Assembly (NCBI GenBank): GCA_002393065.1
Contig: DGGW01000052.1
Location: 1-48,226, forward strand
DNA length: 48,226 bases
Origin: Alphaproteobacteria bacterium UBA3864
GTDB lineage: Bacteria; Pseudomonadota; Alphaproteobacteria; CAAGCB01; CAG-977
Direction of reading: 5' to 3'
Below, in pieces: positions 9,311-18,110 of this stretch. Numbering within the stretch: the stretch's first letter is position 1; every line of letters starts with the position of its first letter. The notes under the pieces are model-generated. The model saw only the letters and a list, made by a program, of their open reading frames with translations, was not told the origin of the DNA and did no database searches. Made by a program: the position numbers and the translations under genes.

Positions 9311-10747
9311 TTATCGGTTCAGTCCGGCCATGCGGTTTTTCAGCATGGCGGCGGTAACAAGGCTTTTGGCTTTGATGAAACTCGGGCGGCCGTCTTTGCC
9401 GTCCATCTGCATCCGGTGTTTTTCGGAAACTTTGTCCCACAACGCCTGCATATCCTTCGGATTCGCCCAGCGTTTCGGTTCGAAAATCTGCGCCAGACAA
9501 CCGGCTTCGGCCGCGTGCGTCAGCAACGTCTTGCCCTTGTCGTCGGTCAGCAGAAAGTCGGCGGGTTTAAGCGGTTTCAGATCAAGCGATTCGCCGATCC
9601 GGCCGGCTTTCGCGGCGGTGAACGGGTCGGCGGCTTTTTCGGCGTCGGTCATGACGGCGAACGCTTCGGCCGCGCGTTCCTGATCCAGAACGACCTGATA
9701 CTTGGCTTCGTTGACTTTTTCGGCGGCGCGCAGCGCTTCGGCGGTGGCGGGGTCGATCGTGTTTTCATCCGGACCGAGGAGGGTTTTGCGCGCGACGGCG
9801 GGCGGTTCGGAATATCGTGTTTGATAAACCGAGCAGTCTTCGTTTGAAACGGCGGCGACCAGCCGTTTCGCCGCGGCGTCGTCCAGCGCGTTGCCCGACA
9901 CGTCCAGCCGGCGCACGTTCATTTTCGGCAGAACGGCGAAAATGTCGCGGCACGACGCTTCGTCCATGCCCGACGCGGACAGGTTCAGGTCGGTCAGTTG
10001 CGGTGCTTTGAGCAAACCGGCGGCGACCTGCGCGGCAACGTGCCAGTCGCCCAAATCGGAACGGGCGGCGTTCAGATCGCGCATGGCGTCGGGCAACATC
10101 GGCAGGAAATTGCCGGTCGCTTTGTTCCACACGTTGTTTCCCGACAGGTCGAGGCTTTTCAATGCGGCCTTTTTGCCGGTGTTTTTCAGCAAAGCTTCCG
10201 CGTCTTCGCCGTTCAGGCCGCATTCCGGCAATCCGATCCGTTCGACCGACGATTCCGTCAGCGACGGCGCAAACGTTCCGTCGTGCAACGATTCGGCGAT
10301 GTCGCACCGGCGGATTTCAACGTTTTTCAGCGTCTTCGTTTCCGTCAGCGTCTTCGACAAAGCGGCGCACGCGGCTTCGCCGAGCGGCAATTCATTCATT
10401 TCCAGCGTCGCGATCTTCGTTTTGTTCAGACAAGCGAACAGGTCGTCCAGCTTTTTATGGTCGCCGAAGCCCCGCGCGGCATTCGTCCGCAACAGATGGA
10501 CGGGCGTGTACGAATAGCCGTAAACGGGATTGTGAAAGTCGATTTTCAGTTTTGTCGCCGTCGAAGCGGGCAAAATCTGCGCCAGAACCGTTCCGAATCC
10601 TTTCGGCGTATCGCAGAACGTTTTATAGTCCAAAACGATTTCGCCGTTTTCTGGCGTCAAAAGCCTGTCGGCCAAAGCGGAGGCTTTTTCCGGTTCGTAT
10701 CCCGCTTTGTAAAGCAGGTTGGCGGCTTTGATTTTTTCGGCGGACAT
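9311..10747 (-). CDS. RI-like leucine-rich repeat protein with shared C-terminal domain (paralog 1)
   Basis: 478 aa, AGGAG RBS. Repeats VERIGLPECGLNGEDAEAL, LKSLDLSGNNV, LTDLNLSASGMDEASCRDI, VRRLDVSGNALDDAAAKRL. Ankyrin-like DDKGKTLLTHAAEAG. Ends ...MLKNRMAGLNR. Confidence 0.88.
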   Translation of the reverse strand: MSAEKIKAANLLYKAGYEPEKASALADRLLTPENGEIVLDYKTFCDTPKGFGTVLAQILPASTATKLKIDFHNPVYGYSYTPVHLLRTNAARGFGDHKKLDDLFACLNKTKIATLEMNELPLGEAACAALSKTLTETKTLKNVEIRRCDIAESLHDGTFAPSLTESSVERIGLPECGLNGEDAEALLKNTGKKAALKSLDLSGNNVWNKATGNFLPMLPDAMRDLNAARSDLGDWHVAAQVAAGLLKAPQLTDLNLSASGMDEASCRDIFAVLPKMNVRRLDVSGNALDDAAAKRLVAAVSNEDCSVYQTRYSEPPAVARKTLLGPDENTIDPATAEALRAAEKVNEAKYQVVLDQERAAEAFAVMTDAEKAADPFTAAKAGRIGESLDLKPLKPADFLLTDDKGKTLLTHAAEAGCLAQIFEPKRWANPKDMQALWDKVSEKHRMQMDGKDGRPSFIKAKSLVTAAMLKNRMAGLNR

Positions 10748-10763
10748 TTCTTACTCCTGGATC

Positions 10764-11078
10764 TTAATCGGACGCGACGCCCCAAAGAATCGTTTTTTGC
10801 GCGGAATGGCGCGACAGGACGGCCTGCAGCGACGCGTTCGTTACCGCCGCGTCGTCGGGAATGATGATGCAGGTCGGTTCGTCTTCGTCCAGCAAAGCCT
10901 CGATTTCCGCAGGCGTCCGCGCGACTTGCGCGTAGCCGGCCCGAACCAGCACTTTTTCCTGCCAGTCCTGCGTCAGCATGAACACCTGACACCCTTCGAC
11001 GGACGGCTGGCGATACCGCGCGGCGATCTGCAGCGCGACATCGGGCAGCATTTCTTCGGGAGCGATCTCGTCAGCCAC
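10764..11078 (-). CDS. Small acidic hypothetical protein (104 aa)
   Basis: GTG start with GGGAGG RBS; fills the gap between the AAA and LRR genes with 12 and 16 bp spacers. Confidence 0.75.
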   Translation of the reverse strand: MADEIAPEEMLPDVALQIAARYRQPSVEGCQVFMLTQDWQEKVLVRAGYAQVARTPAEIEALLDEDEPTCIIIPDDAAVTNASLQAVLSRHSAQKTILWGVASD

Positions 11079-11090
11079 GGAACGCCTCCC

Positions 11091-13820
11091 TTACCGGTTG
11101 CGGTCGCGCATCTGCGCGGCGTAGGACAGGACTTGCGGCGCGGGGTTCTTTTTCACCGCCGCGGGTTCTTCGGCTGTCTGTTCTTTCCTGCCGGTCGGAG
11201 CCGCTTCGTTCGACGACGAAATCAGCTTCGACTTGTCGATGTCGCCGCGCTTTTCGATCTTGGTCACGAAAATCGGGTTGTAGACCGTTTCGGGCGACGA
11301 CTTCACCATCGTTTTGCCGATCGTTTCTCCGTCGGCGGCGTCGCGGAGCAACAGCGCGCCCGCCATGTAAGCGGAGATTTCTTCGGGGTTCGGACGGCCT
11401 TTCGTCATGAAGTCCACCTGTTCGTCGATCTTGTCCGCGGCGTCGGGAGCCTTGCGGTCGATGTAGGTGATGCCGTTGCGGTCGAACATCGCCTGCACCT
11501 TCGGGCTGATGTCTTCGCTGACGACGACCGTGCGGTGCGCCTTTTCGTCGGACAAAACGTGCGTGATGACCGGTTCGCCCTTGTTGTTCGTCAGCAACGT
11601 CGTGACGCCGATTCCCGTTTCGGAACGGTTTTCCGCCATTTTGACGGCTTCATCCGTGTCGTCGACATCCTGCAGGGTGGATAGCGACTGGTTCCACAGC
11701 GAACGGATGTTCGCGGCGGACAGCGCCGGAATCGCCAGCGATCCGACGAACGTGTCGTGCGGGATCAGGTCTTTCGGTTCGGGCGTTCTCATCACGGACG
11801 CGTCGGACAGGACGGCTTCGACGATCGGCGCGTCAGCGACGGTATCGATGTTGTCGTTCAACACGTGCATCGTGCGGACCTGCTTGAATTCGGGCGCCTT
11901 CGCGGCGTCTTCCTTCGCGCGGGCGATCGCCGCGTTGATCGCGAAGTCGGGCAGGGCCTCCTTCGGGTCTTCAAGGCGGATGCCCGTCGATTTTTCCAAA
12001 GCGTCAACCAGCTGACCGCGCAGGACTTCAGCCTGATTATCGGCGTTTTGCGACCGGTCGATGTTGTACGCGTCCTTTAAGCGCATCGCACCGCTCAAAA
12101 CGCCTTCTTCCAACTGCGGTTCGCCGATGCCGTGGCTGGCGGCGATGCGTTTCGCGATTTTGTACATCGATTCCATTTCTTCGCGGTCGATGCCGAGCGT
12201 TTCGGCGTGGCCGGGGCGGAAAATGCGGTCCATCCATTGTTCGAGGCTGGCTTCCAAACGGTCGCCGCGGGTCGCCAGACGGTCCTCCATCGTTTCCTTT
12301 TTCGGCTTGAAGCCTTCGCGCGGCTTGCCGATCGGACGCTGGCCGATGCGGCGCGGCGCGGTCGTCGCCGCCGGTTTTTCGACGGACGCGTTTTCCATGT
12401 ACTTCGTCGCCAAACGCAGGTCGATTTCAAGCGAGCGCAGGTACGCTTCGTATTCCTGTGACAGTTCCATGCCGGAATTCTTGTAAAGCTGGGAATCGGG
12501 GTTCGTCAGCTGGCGCATGTCGGCGAAGAATCCCGCCATTTGTTCCGCGACCTGAAGCGTCTTCGGCGCGTTTTTGATGTTGATCAGCTCTTCTTCGGGA
12601 ATGGCCGCCTGTTCTTCCTTCGTCAGACCGCCCTTGCGGTAGATCATCAGGTCTTCAACGAACGCGTCCGGATCGCGTTTGTAAAGTTCTTCGTTCGAGT
12701 AGTACAGCTGCGTCAGCGGCACGCCCGACAAAGAACCGGCGATACGGTCGGCGATGTCCTGTTCCGTCGGATCGGGCAGGTTCATCAGGTCGAGTTCGAC
12801 GCCCAAACGGGACACGAACGGTTTGTCCATGTCTTCGGACCCCATGCCTTCGGTCGCGGGGTTGCCGGTGAAGTTCACGCGGAACGTCGGCGGGAACGAA
12901 TCACGGCGCAGAACGACCGGACGGTTGCCGCCCGCCAGCACTTCGCAGGTGTCGACCTTCGGATCGGCCAGCATCGCCGTGTATTCGTACAGCTTCTGCA
13001 GAGTCCCGGGCTTGCAGCGGTTGATTTCGTCAAGCAACAGCGGACGGCCGTAGTCGGCGGAATTCGGGTCCAGAACGCGCACGGCGGCGCCGTCGCGGGT
13101 CGTGATGCCGATGCTTTGCGCGCCGGCGGACGCTTTGATGCCTTCACGGTCGCAGACCTGTTTGATGCAGGAGGAGATAACCTGCTTCTGATAGTTCTGT
13201 TCCTCGAAGGTGTTGCCCTTGACCTGAATGCCGTTCCAGTCGATCGAATAGATCTTTTTGCCGTTGCGTTCCTCTTCGGTGAACGCTTTGCCGAGCGCGT
13301 TTTTCAGCATAGCGATGCTTTCGGCTTTCAACCCCTGCGACGGGTCGGCGTTGCCGAGCATGATCTTTGCGTCGATAGCGGCTTTTTCGGCGTCGGCGGC
13401 GCTGGTGTCGAAAACGGTTTCGCAGAACAGCGTGCCCATGTCGACGTCTTTGCAATTGACCATCAGCGCGCCTTTCGGGTGCGTCAGTTTGCCCAGCGTC
13501 TTGAACGCGAAGCTTTTACCGATGGACGGGGCGCCGATATAGCCGGAAATGTAGCTTTTCTTGGCGTCGTCGGTGCGGTTCGGGTCGCGCAGGGTCAGCT
13601 CTTCCTTTAAATAAGGGAGCATGCTGCGGGACGGCAGTTTTCGCATCAGTTCGAAATAGAGGCGTTCTTCGACGGAAATGTCGCCTTTGCCTTCACGCAT
13701 CGTGCGGAACGTCAGCACGCCGTCGTCGCTCGCCAGCGTTTCGAAAACGCCTTCCTTGTTCGCGCCGACCGGAAGCGGTGTTTCCTCCAGTCCGAAATAA
13801 ACTTCTTTAAGTTCTGCCAT
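11091..13820 (-). CDS. MoxR/AAA_5 (dynein-related) family ATPase with large insertion and long C-terminal region
   Basis: 909 aa, AAGGAG RBS. Walker A GAPSIGKS (13512-13535), Walker B LLLDEINR (13017-13040), sensor-1 FRVNFTGN, Arg finger PFVSRL. Confidence 0.88.
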   Translation of the reverse strand: MAELKEVYFGLEETPLPVGANKEGVFETLASDDGVLTFRTMREGKGDISVEERLYFELMRKLPSRSMLPYLKEELTLRDPNRTDDAKKSYISGYIGAPSIGKSFAFKTLGKLTHPKGALMVNCKDVDMGTLFCETVFDTSAADAEKAAIDAKIMLGNADPSQGLKAESIAMLKNALGKAFTEEERNGKKIYSIDWNGIQVKGNTFEEQNYQKQVISSCIKQVCDREGIKASAGAQSIGITTRDGAAVRVLDPNSADYGRPLLLDEINRCKPGTLQKLYEYTAMLADPKVDTCEVLAGGNRPVVLRRDSFPPTFRVNFTGNPATEGMGSEDMDKPFVSRLGVELDLMNLPDPTEQDIADRIAGSLSGVPLTQLYYSNEELYKRDPDAFVEDLMIYRKGGLTKEEQAAIPEEELINIKNAPKTLQVAEQMAGFFADMRQLTNPDSQLYKNSGMELSQEYEAYLRSLEIDLRLATKYMENASVEKPAATTAPRRIGQRPIGKPREGFKPKKETMEDRLATRGDRLEASLEQWMDRIFRPGHAETLGIDREEMESMYKIAKRIAASHGIGEPQLEEGVLSGAMRLKDAYNIDRSQNADNQAEVLRGQLVDALEKSTGIRLEDPKEALPDFAINAAIARAKEDAAKAPEFKQVRTMHVLNDNIDTVADAPIVEAVLSDASVMRTPEPKDLIPHDTFVGSLAIPALSAANIRSLWNQSLSTLQDVDDTDEAVKMAENRSETGIGVTTLLTNNKGEPVITHVLSDEKAHRTVVVSEDISPKVQAMFDRNGITYIDRKAPDAADKIDEQVDFMTKGRPNPEEISAYMAGALLLRDAADGETIGKTMVKSSPETVYNPIFVTKIEKRGDIDKSKLISSSNEAAPTGRKEQTAEEPAAVKKNPAPQVLSYAAQMRDRNR

Positions 13821-13878
13821 TTTCTCTCTCCTTTTAAAAGACCGTCGCTTTGGCGGGCGGCGGCCCGTAAAACGTCTG

Positions 13879-16761
13879 TCAGCGCGAACCCTTCTGCGCC
13901 TTGAGCGTATCGAGGATACGCCCGAAATCCTTTGCTTTTCTGTCGTTTGTCTGCGCTTCGACCTTGCGCATTTCCGCCATGCGGCGGTTTAGCATCGCGG
14001 TCAGCGCGCGTTCGATGTCCTTCGGTCCGGAAATGTGCACGCGGTCGATCCGTTTGGAACCGGCGCCCGCGCTCATTTCGTCGGCGAGGTTTTCGATCAT
14101 GTTCCGGTTCTTTTCCGTCAGGATCATGTTGAACGTGACGTTGCCGGCTTTGGCCTTTTCGCAAATCGTTTTGATCATCGGGACGGATTCTTTTTCATCG
14201 TTGAAATTTCCGTCCGAAACGACGAAGAAATGCGTCGCGCCGGCGTATTCCTGCTTTTTGTTGTTTTTGATTTTCGTCATCGTCGTTTCGATCGCGTCGG
14301 CCATCATGTCCTTGCATCCGCCGCAGTTGTCGCGAAGCGTCGTGATGCGCCGCGCGATTTCCGTATCCTTCATCCCCGGTTCGGCGATCGTCAGTGATTG
14401 CGGGTCGCCCGCCGCCGCGATATAGACGTTGAAGAACGGATTTTTGCGCGCGCTTTCAAACAGGATGCACGCGGTCGTCAGCGCCGTTTCCAGCTTGCTG
14501 CCCGGTCCTCTGCCCATCGAACCGGAACGGTCGATCAGAATGGCGATGTCGATCGGCGCGGGTGTCTTTTCCCGTTCGCCCTTCACACGGAAGTGTTCGA
14601 AGTCGCGTTCGTCGACTTCCTGTCCCGTCGCCAGCTTTTTCTGCCGTTCGACGTACGAATCGACATCAAATTTGCTGATGTCGCCGTCTTCGGGGACAAG
14701 CTGCCGCTTGTTCGATTCCTTTTCCGCGCCCAGATACGAGTTCTGCATACGGACCAGCTGGCTTTTCAACCGTTTCGCCGTCTGCTGGTGGTCTTTGACG
14801 ATCTGGTTGTATTCGTTGATGCTTTGCAGATTTTCGGGCAGGAACGCGCGCAGGTCGCGGGCGTCGGCTTTTTTGTCCGACTTGGACGCCTTGTCCGACG
14901 GGTTCCAGTTTTCGTTCTGTTTGCCTTTGCCCGACGAATCTTTCGAAGCGGCGTCGGAATTATTGTTCGAATCCGATTCGTTTTGTTGAGAATCGGCTTT
15001 ATCCGATTTGTCGGAGGATTCGGTTTGTTCGGTGTTTTGCGCGTTGTTTTTATTATTGATCAGGTCTTCAACCGTTTCGCCGTCGTCGTCCTTTCCGGAT
15101 TCCTTGTCGTCGGAATCGTCTTTGCCGGAGTCTTTATTATTATCGTCTTCCTTGTCGTTTCCGACGCCGGCGGTTTTGTCGTCTTTTCCTTCGTCGTTGT
15201 TTTCTTCGCCGTTTTTGCCTTTCGCGCTTTTACCGTCGGATTCCTTTTCGTCGCCGCCGTTTTCGCGCTTGTCTTTCATATCCTTGACGGCTTGGCTCAT
15301 CTGTTGTTCCATCTGCTCGAGCTGCCGGTCGGTTTCGGTTTTCTGATTGCCGTCCTTGTTTTCGTTGTTTTCGCCGTCGTTGCCGCTCTGACCGCCCTGC
15401 TGTTGCTGATTCTGCCGGTCCTGCTGATCGCCGTTGTTTTGATTTTGCTGTCCGCCCTGTTGTTGCTGTTGCTGAAGCTCTTTTTCCTTTTCTTTTTCGC
15501 GGACGATTTCGGGAATCAGGTCGGCCACGTAGCGGTCGTACAGGTCGTCAACGATCTCCGCGCGGCGGCGGGAGCATTCCTCGGCCTTCTTCGCGTAAAC
15601 CGAAGCGCCGAACAAGCGGTCGCGCGCCGTCGGTTGCGTGTTTTCCAACGTCGTGCAAAGGGCGCGGATGTCGGCGAAACATTCGTCGGGCGTCATCGGA
15701 TTGCCGTCTTTGTCCTTGCCGGACAGCCATTCCTTGCGCACGCCGACGCGACGCCAGCCTTCGTCCGTATCCTCCGCCATGCCGTTGTTGACGTAGAACG
15801 AATAGCGCAACAAGGCTTTCAGGTTTTTGTACAGATCCATCGGCGCGGGTTTGTCCGGTTCGGGCTTGTTTTCGTCAAACGCCCGATGGAGCGGCAGGCA
15901 AAGCGTCGTTTCGACGGTGTTGACCGCCGTGCCGAAGTCCTGCGCCGACCGTTGCGACTGGTTGACGGCGTAGCGGTTCGCATAGTTGTTTTCGGCTTCG
16001 TCGAACGTCAGGTAGCGCATCCGGTAATCGGTGTAGCGGAATTCCATTTCCCGATCGGCGATCAGGCGTTCGGCTTCCGTCAGGTTCGGATCGCGGCGGC
16101 GTTCGTCGGCTTTCAGAAGGGCCTGATAAGCGGCTTCCGTGCCTTTCGGTTCGAACAGCGTGCCCTGCGAATGGCCGATTTCGTGCAGGTTGGCGGCGCG
16201 CGAATGTTCGATGCCGATCATCAGCGACCAAACCATGTCGAGGTTGATGCGGTTTTCCTGCGAATTGAAATAGAACGCGACGTCCGGATATCGGTCGGGC
16301 GCGCCCCAGGCGATCTTCGTTTTCGGATTTTTCAGCGACGTCGCCAGAATGAACGCGTTTTCGCGCAGTTCCGTGCGGGCGTCGGGACAGTGCGCGATCT
16401 GGTTCCACAGCGGCAGGGCGGAAACCTTTTTCGCCTGCAGTTCCTCCGGCCAGTTCTTCATCAGGTCGGGCGTGTTGTCCAGCGCGGCGAGCGCCGCTCC
16501 CCACAACAACTGGTTCTGCGGCGTTTTCAGGCTTGGAGTCGCGGGGGCTTTTCCCGTTTTCAACGCCGTTCTGACTTTGGCGAGTTCGGCGTCGAACGCG
16601 CCGGCGTCGGCCGCCGTCGGACGGAGGTCGTCGGCCAGCTTGTCAAAGGTCTTGTCGGAAAAACGCCCTTTCGCGAATATGTACGCCGCGTCGGCGCGAA
16701 TCACGCTCAACGGATTCGCCATGATATCGTCGATGCTTTTCCCTTGTTGTTCCGAAGCCAT
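13879..16761 (-). CDS. vWA (MIDAS) domain protein with N-terminal HEXXH zinc-metallopeptidase-like domain and Q/N/D/E-rich linker
   Basis: 960 aa. LHEIGHS (HEIGH at 16171-16185) with downstream DEAENN; low-complexity linker at about 14860-15500; DIAILIDRSGSM (DRSGSM at 14515-14532) and FFVVSDG. Confidence 0.88.
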   Translation of the reverse strand: MASEQQGKSIDDIMANPLSVIRADAAYIFAKGRFSDKTFDKLADDLRPTAADAGAFDAELAKVRTALKTGKAPATPSLKTPQNQLLWGAALAALDNTPDLMKNWPEELQAKKVSALPLWNQIAHCPDARTELRENAFILATSLKNPKTKIAWGAPDRYPDVAFYFNSQENRINLDMVWSLMIGIEHSRAANLHEIGHSQGTLFEPKGTEAAYQALLKADERRRDPNLTEAERLIADREMEFRYTDYRMRYLTFDEAENNYANRYAVNQSQRSAQDFGTAVNTVETTLCLPLHRAFDENKPEPDKPAPMDLYKNLKALLRYSFYVNNGMAEDTDEGWRRVGVRKEWLSGKDKDGNPMTPDECFADIRALCTTLENTQPTARDRLFGASVYAKKAEECSRRRAEIVDDLYDRYVADLIPEIVREKEKEKELQQQQQQGGQQNQNNGDQQDRQNQQQQGGQSGNDGENNENKDGNQKTETDRQLEQMEQQMSQAVKDMKDKRENGGDEKESDGKSAKGKNGEENNDEGKDDKTAGVGNDKEDDNNKDSGKDDSDDKESGKDDDGETVEDLINNKNNAQNTEQTESSDKSDKADSQQNESDSNNNSDAASKDSSGKGKQNENWNPSDKASKSDKKADARDLRAFLPENLQSINEYNQIVKDHQQTAKRLKSQLVRMQNSYLGAEKESNKRQLVPEDGDISKFDVDSYVERQKKLATGQEVDERDFEHFRVKGEREKTPAPIDIAILIDRSGSMGRGPGSKLETALTTACILFESARKNPFFNVYIAAAGDPQSLTIAEPGMKDTEIARRITTLRDNCGGCKDMMADAIETTMTKIKNNKKQEYAGATHFFVVSDGNFNDEKESVPMIKTICEKAKAGNVTFNMILTEKNRNMIENLADEMSAGAGSKRIDRVHISGPKDIERALTAMLNRRMAEMRKVEAQTNDRKAKDFGRILDTLKAQKGSR

Positions 16762-16959
16762 TTCCCGTCAGTCCCGCAAGAAAGTCATTTTCCTGAAAAG
16801 ATACCAGATTTCTTTTATACGGACAAGAGATTTTGGACAAATAACGCCGTTTTTGTACATATTTTTGATTCCTCTATAAAAAAAGTGTAAAAGTCTTTGA
16901 CCGCGGGGGCGGGAAGTGTTTAAAATCGTGTTCAAACAAATTACGAACGGGGTGATCCG

Positions 16960-17223
16960 ATGACTGATTGTCCGGCCGAAAACGATGTCGGCAAAATGAG
17001 TTTCGAAGAAGCGCTCGCCGCGCTGGAGGATATCGTGCGGCGGATGGAAGCCGGACGCGTCAGTCTGGACGACGCCGTCGCTTTTTACGAACGCGGAACC
17101 TTGCTGCGCCGCCATTGCGAACAGAAACTGGCGGCCGCCCGTTTGAAAATAGATGCCGTGACCGCTTCCCTTGACGGAAAGGCGGACGGGCTGACCTCGT
17201 TGCCTGATGGAGAAAACGCATGA
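16960..17223 (+). CDS. xseB: Exodeoxyribonuclease VII small subunit
   Basis: SFEEALAALEDIVRRMEAG...LDDAVAFYERG...CEQKL; canonical xseB-ispA-dxs order. Confidence 0.96.
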   Translation: MTDCPAENDVGKMSFEEALAALEDIVRRMEAGRVSLDDAVAFYERGTLLRRHCEQKLAAARLKIDAVTASLDGKADGLTSLPDGENA

Positions 17224-18110
17224 CCAATCTGATCGCCGCCATTAAAGAAACCGCCGCCGAAGTCCGCGCCAAGATCGACCGGCTTCTGCCCGTTCCGGAA
17301 ACTGTTGAAAAACGCGTCGTCGAGGCGATGCGCTATTCGTCCATGGCCGGGGGCAAGGCTTTGCGGCCGTTCATGGTCCTGCAGTCCGCGTCGCTGTTCG
17401 GTATCGACAAGGCGCGGGCGCTGCGCGTGGCCGTCGCGTTGGAAATGGTGCATTGCTATTCGCTGATCCACGACGATCTGCCCGCGATGGACAACGACGA
17501 TATGCGCCGCGGACAGCCGACCTGCCACAAGCAGTACGACGAAGCGACGGCGATTCTGGCGGGCGACGGATTGCTGACCCGCGCGTTCGGCGTCATCGCT
17601 TCGGAGCATTGTTTGTTCGAACCGGCGATTCGCATCCAGCTGATTTCCGAACTGTCCAAAGCCGCCGGCGTGAACGGCATGATCGGCGGGCAGATGCTGG
17701 ATATCATGGCGGAAACGCAGGAAGACATGTCGCTGTCCGAAGTCATCCGCCTGCAAAAAATGAAAACAGGCTGTCTGTTCTCGTTCGCTTGCGAATCGGG
17801 CGCCATCATGGCCAAAGCGTCGTACGAAGACCGGCAAGCGCTGAAATCCTACGCTCGCGACATCGGTCTGGCGTTTCAGATCACTGATGATATCCTTGAC
17901 GTCGAAGGCGACGAACAATCAATGGGCAAAGCCGTCCGGAAGGATCTGGACGCGCACAAAGCGACGTTCATTTCGCTCCTCGGATTGGAAAAAGCGAAAG
18001 AACAGGCGGATTCTTTGTCGTATCAGGCGATCGCCGCGTTGGAGCGCTTTGACGAAAAAGCCGATTATCTACGCGATTTGGCGCGTTATATCGTGGAACG
18101 CCGTTCATGA
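17220..18110 (+). CDS. ispA: Farnesyl diphosphate synthase (polyprenyl synthetase)
   Basis: GGKALRP, SLIHDDLPAMDNDDMRRG, GMIGGQMLD, FQITDDILD. Confidence 0.95.
   Translation: MTNLIAAIKETAAEVRAKIDRLLPVPETVEKRVVEAMRYSSMAGGKALRPFMVLQSASLFGIDKARALRVAVALEMVHCYSLIHDDLPAMDNDDMRRGQPTCHKQYDEATAILAGDGLLTRAFGVIASEHCLFEPAIRIQLISELSKAAGVNGMIGGQMLDIMAETQEDMSLSEVIRLQKMKTGCLFSFACESGAIMAKASYEDRQALKSYARDIGLAFQITDDILDVEGDEQSMGKAVRKDLDAHKATFISLLGLEKAKEQADSLSYQAIAALERFDEKADYLRDLARYIVERRS

Noticed and set aside
13836-13866. GC-rich hairpin between the vWA and AAA genes as a terminator
   Set aside because: The stem depends on G-U pairs that form only on the non-coding strand; too weak to call.
14860-15500. Possible tandem repeat, CRISPR or DGR-like region
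   Set aside because: In-frame low-complexity coding linker; no fixed-length repeat-spacer pattern and no cas or reverse transcriptase gene.
11091-16761. Assignment as cobaltochelatase cobS/cobT
   Set aside because: Proteins are much larger, gene order is vWA then AAA, there are no cob genes nearby, and I do not see CobS/CobT-specific sequence; only superfamily-level similarity.
14398-16890. 830 aa plus-strand ORF (and similar long antisense ORFs, e.g. 22074-25616, 38108-39712, 12540-13610)
   Set aside because: Antisense shadows of real GC-rich genes; no motifs or RBS.
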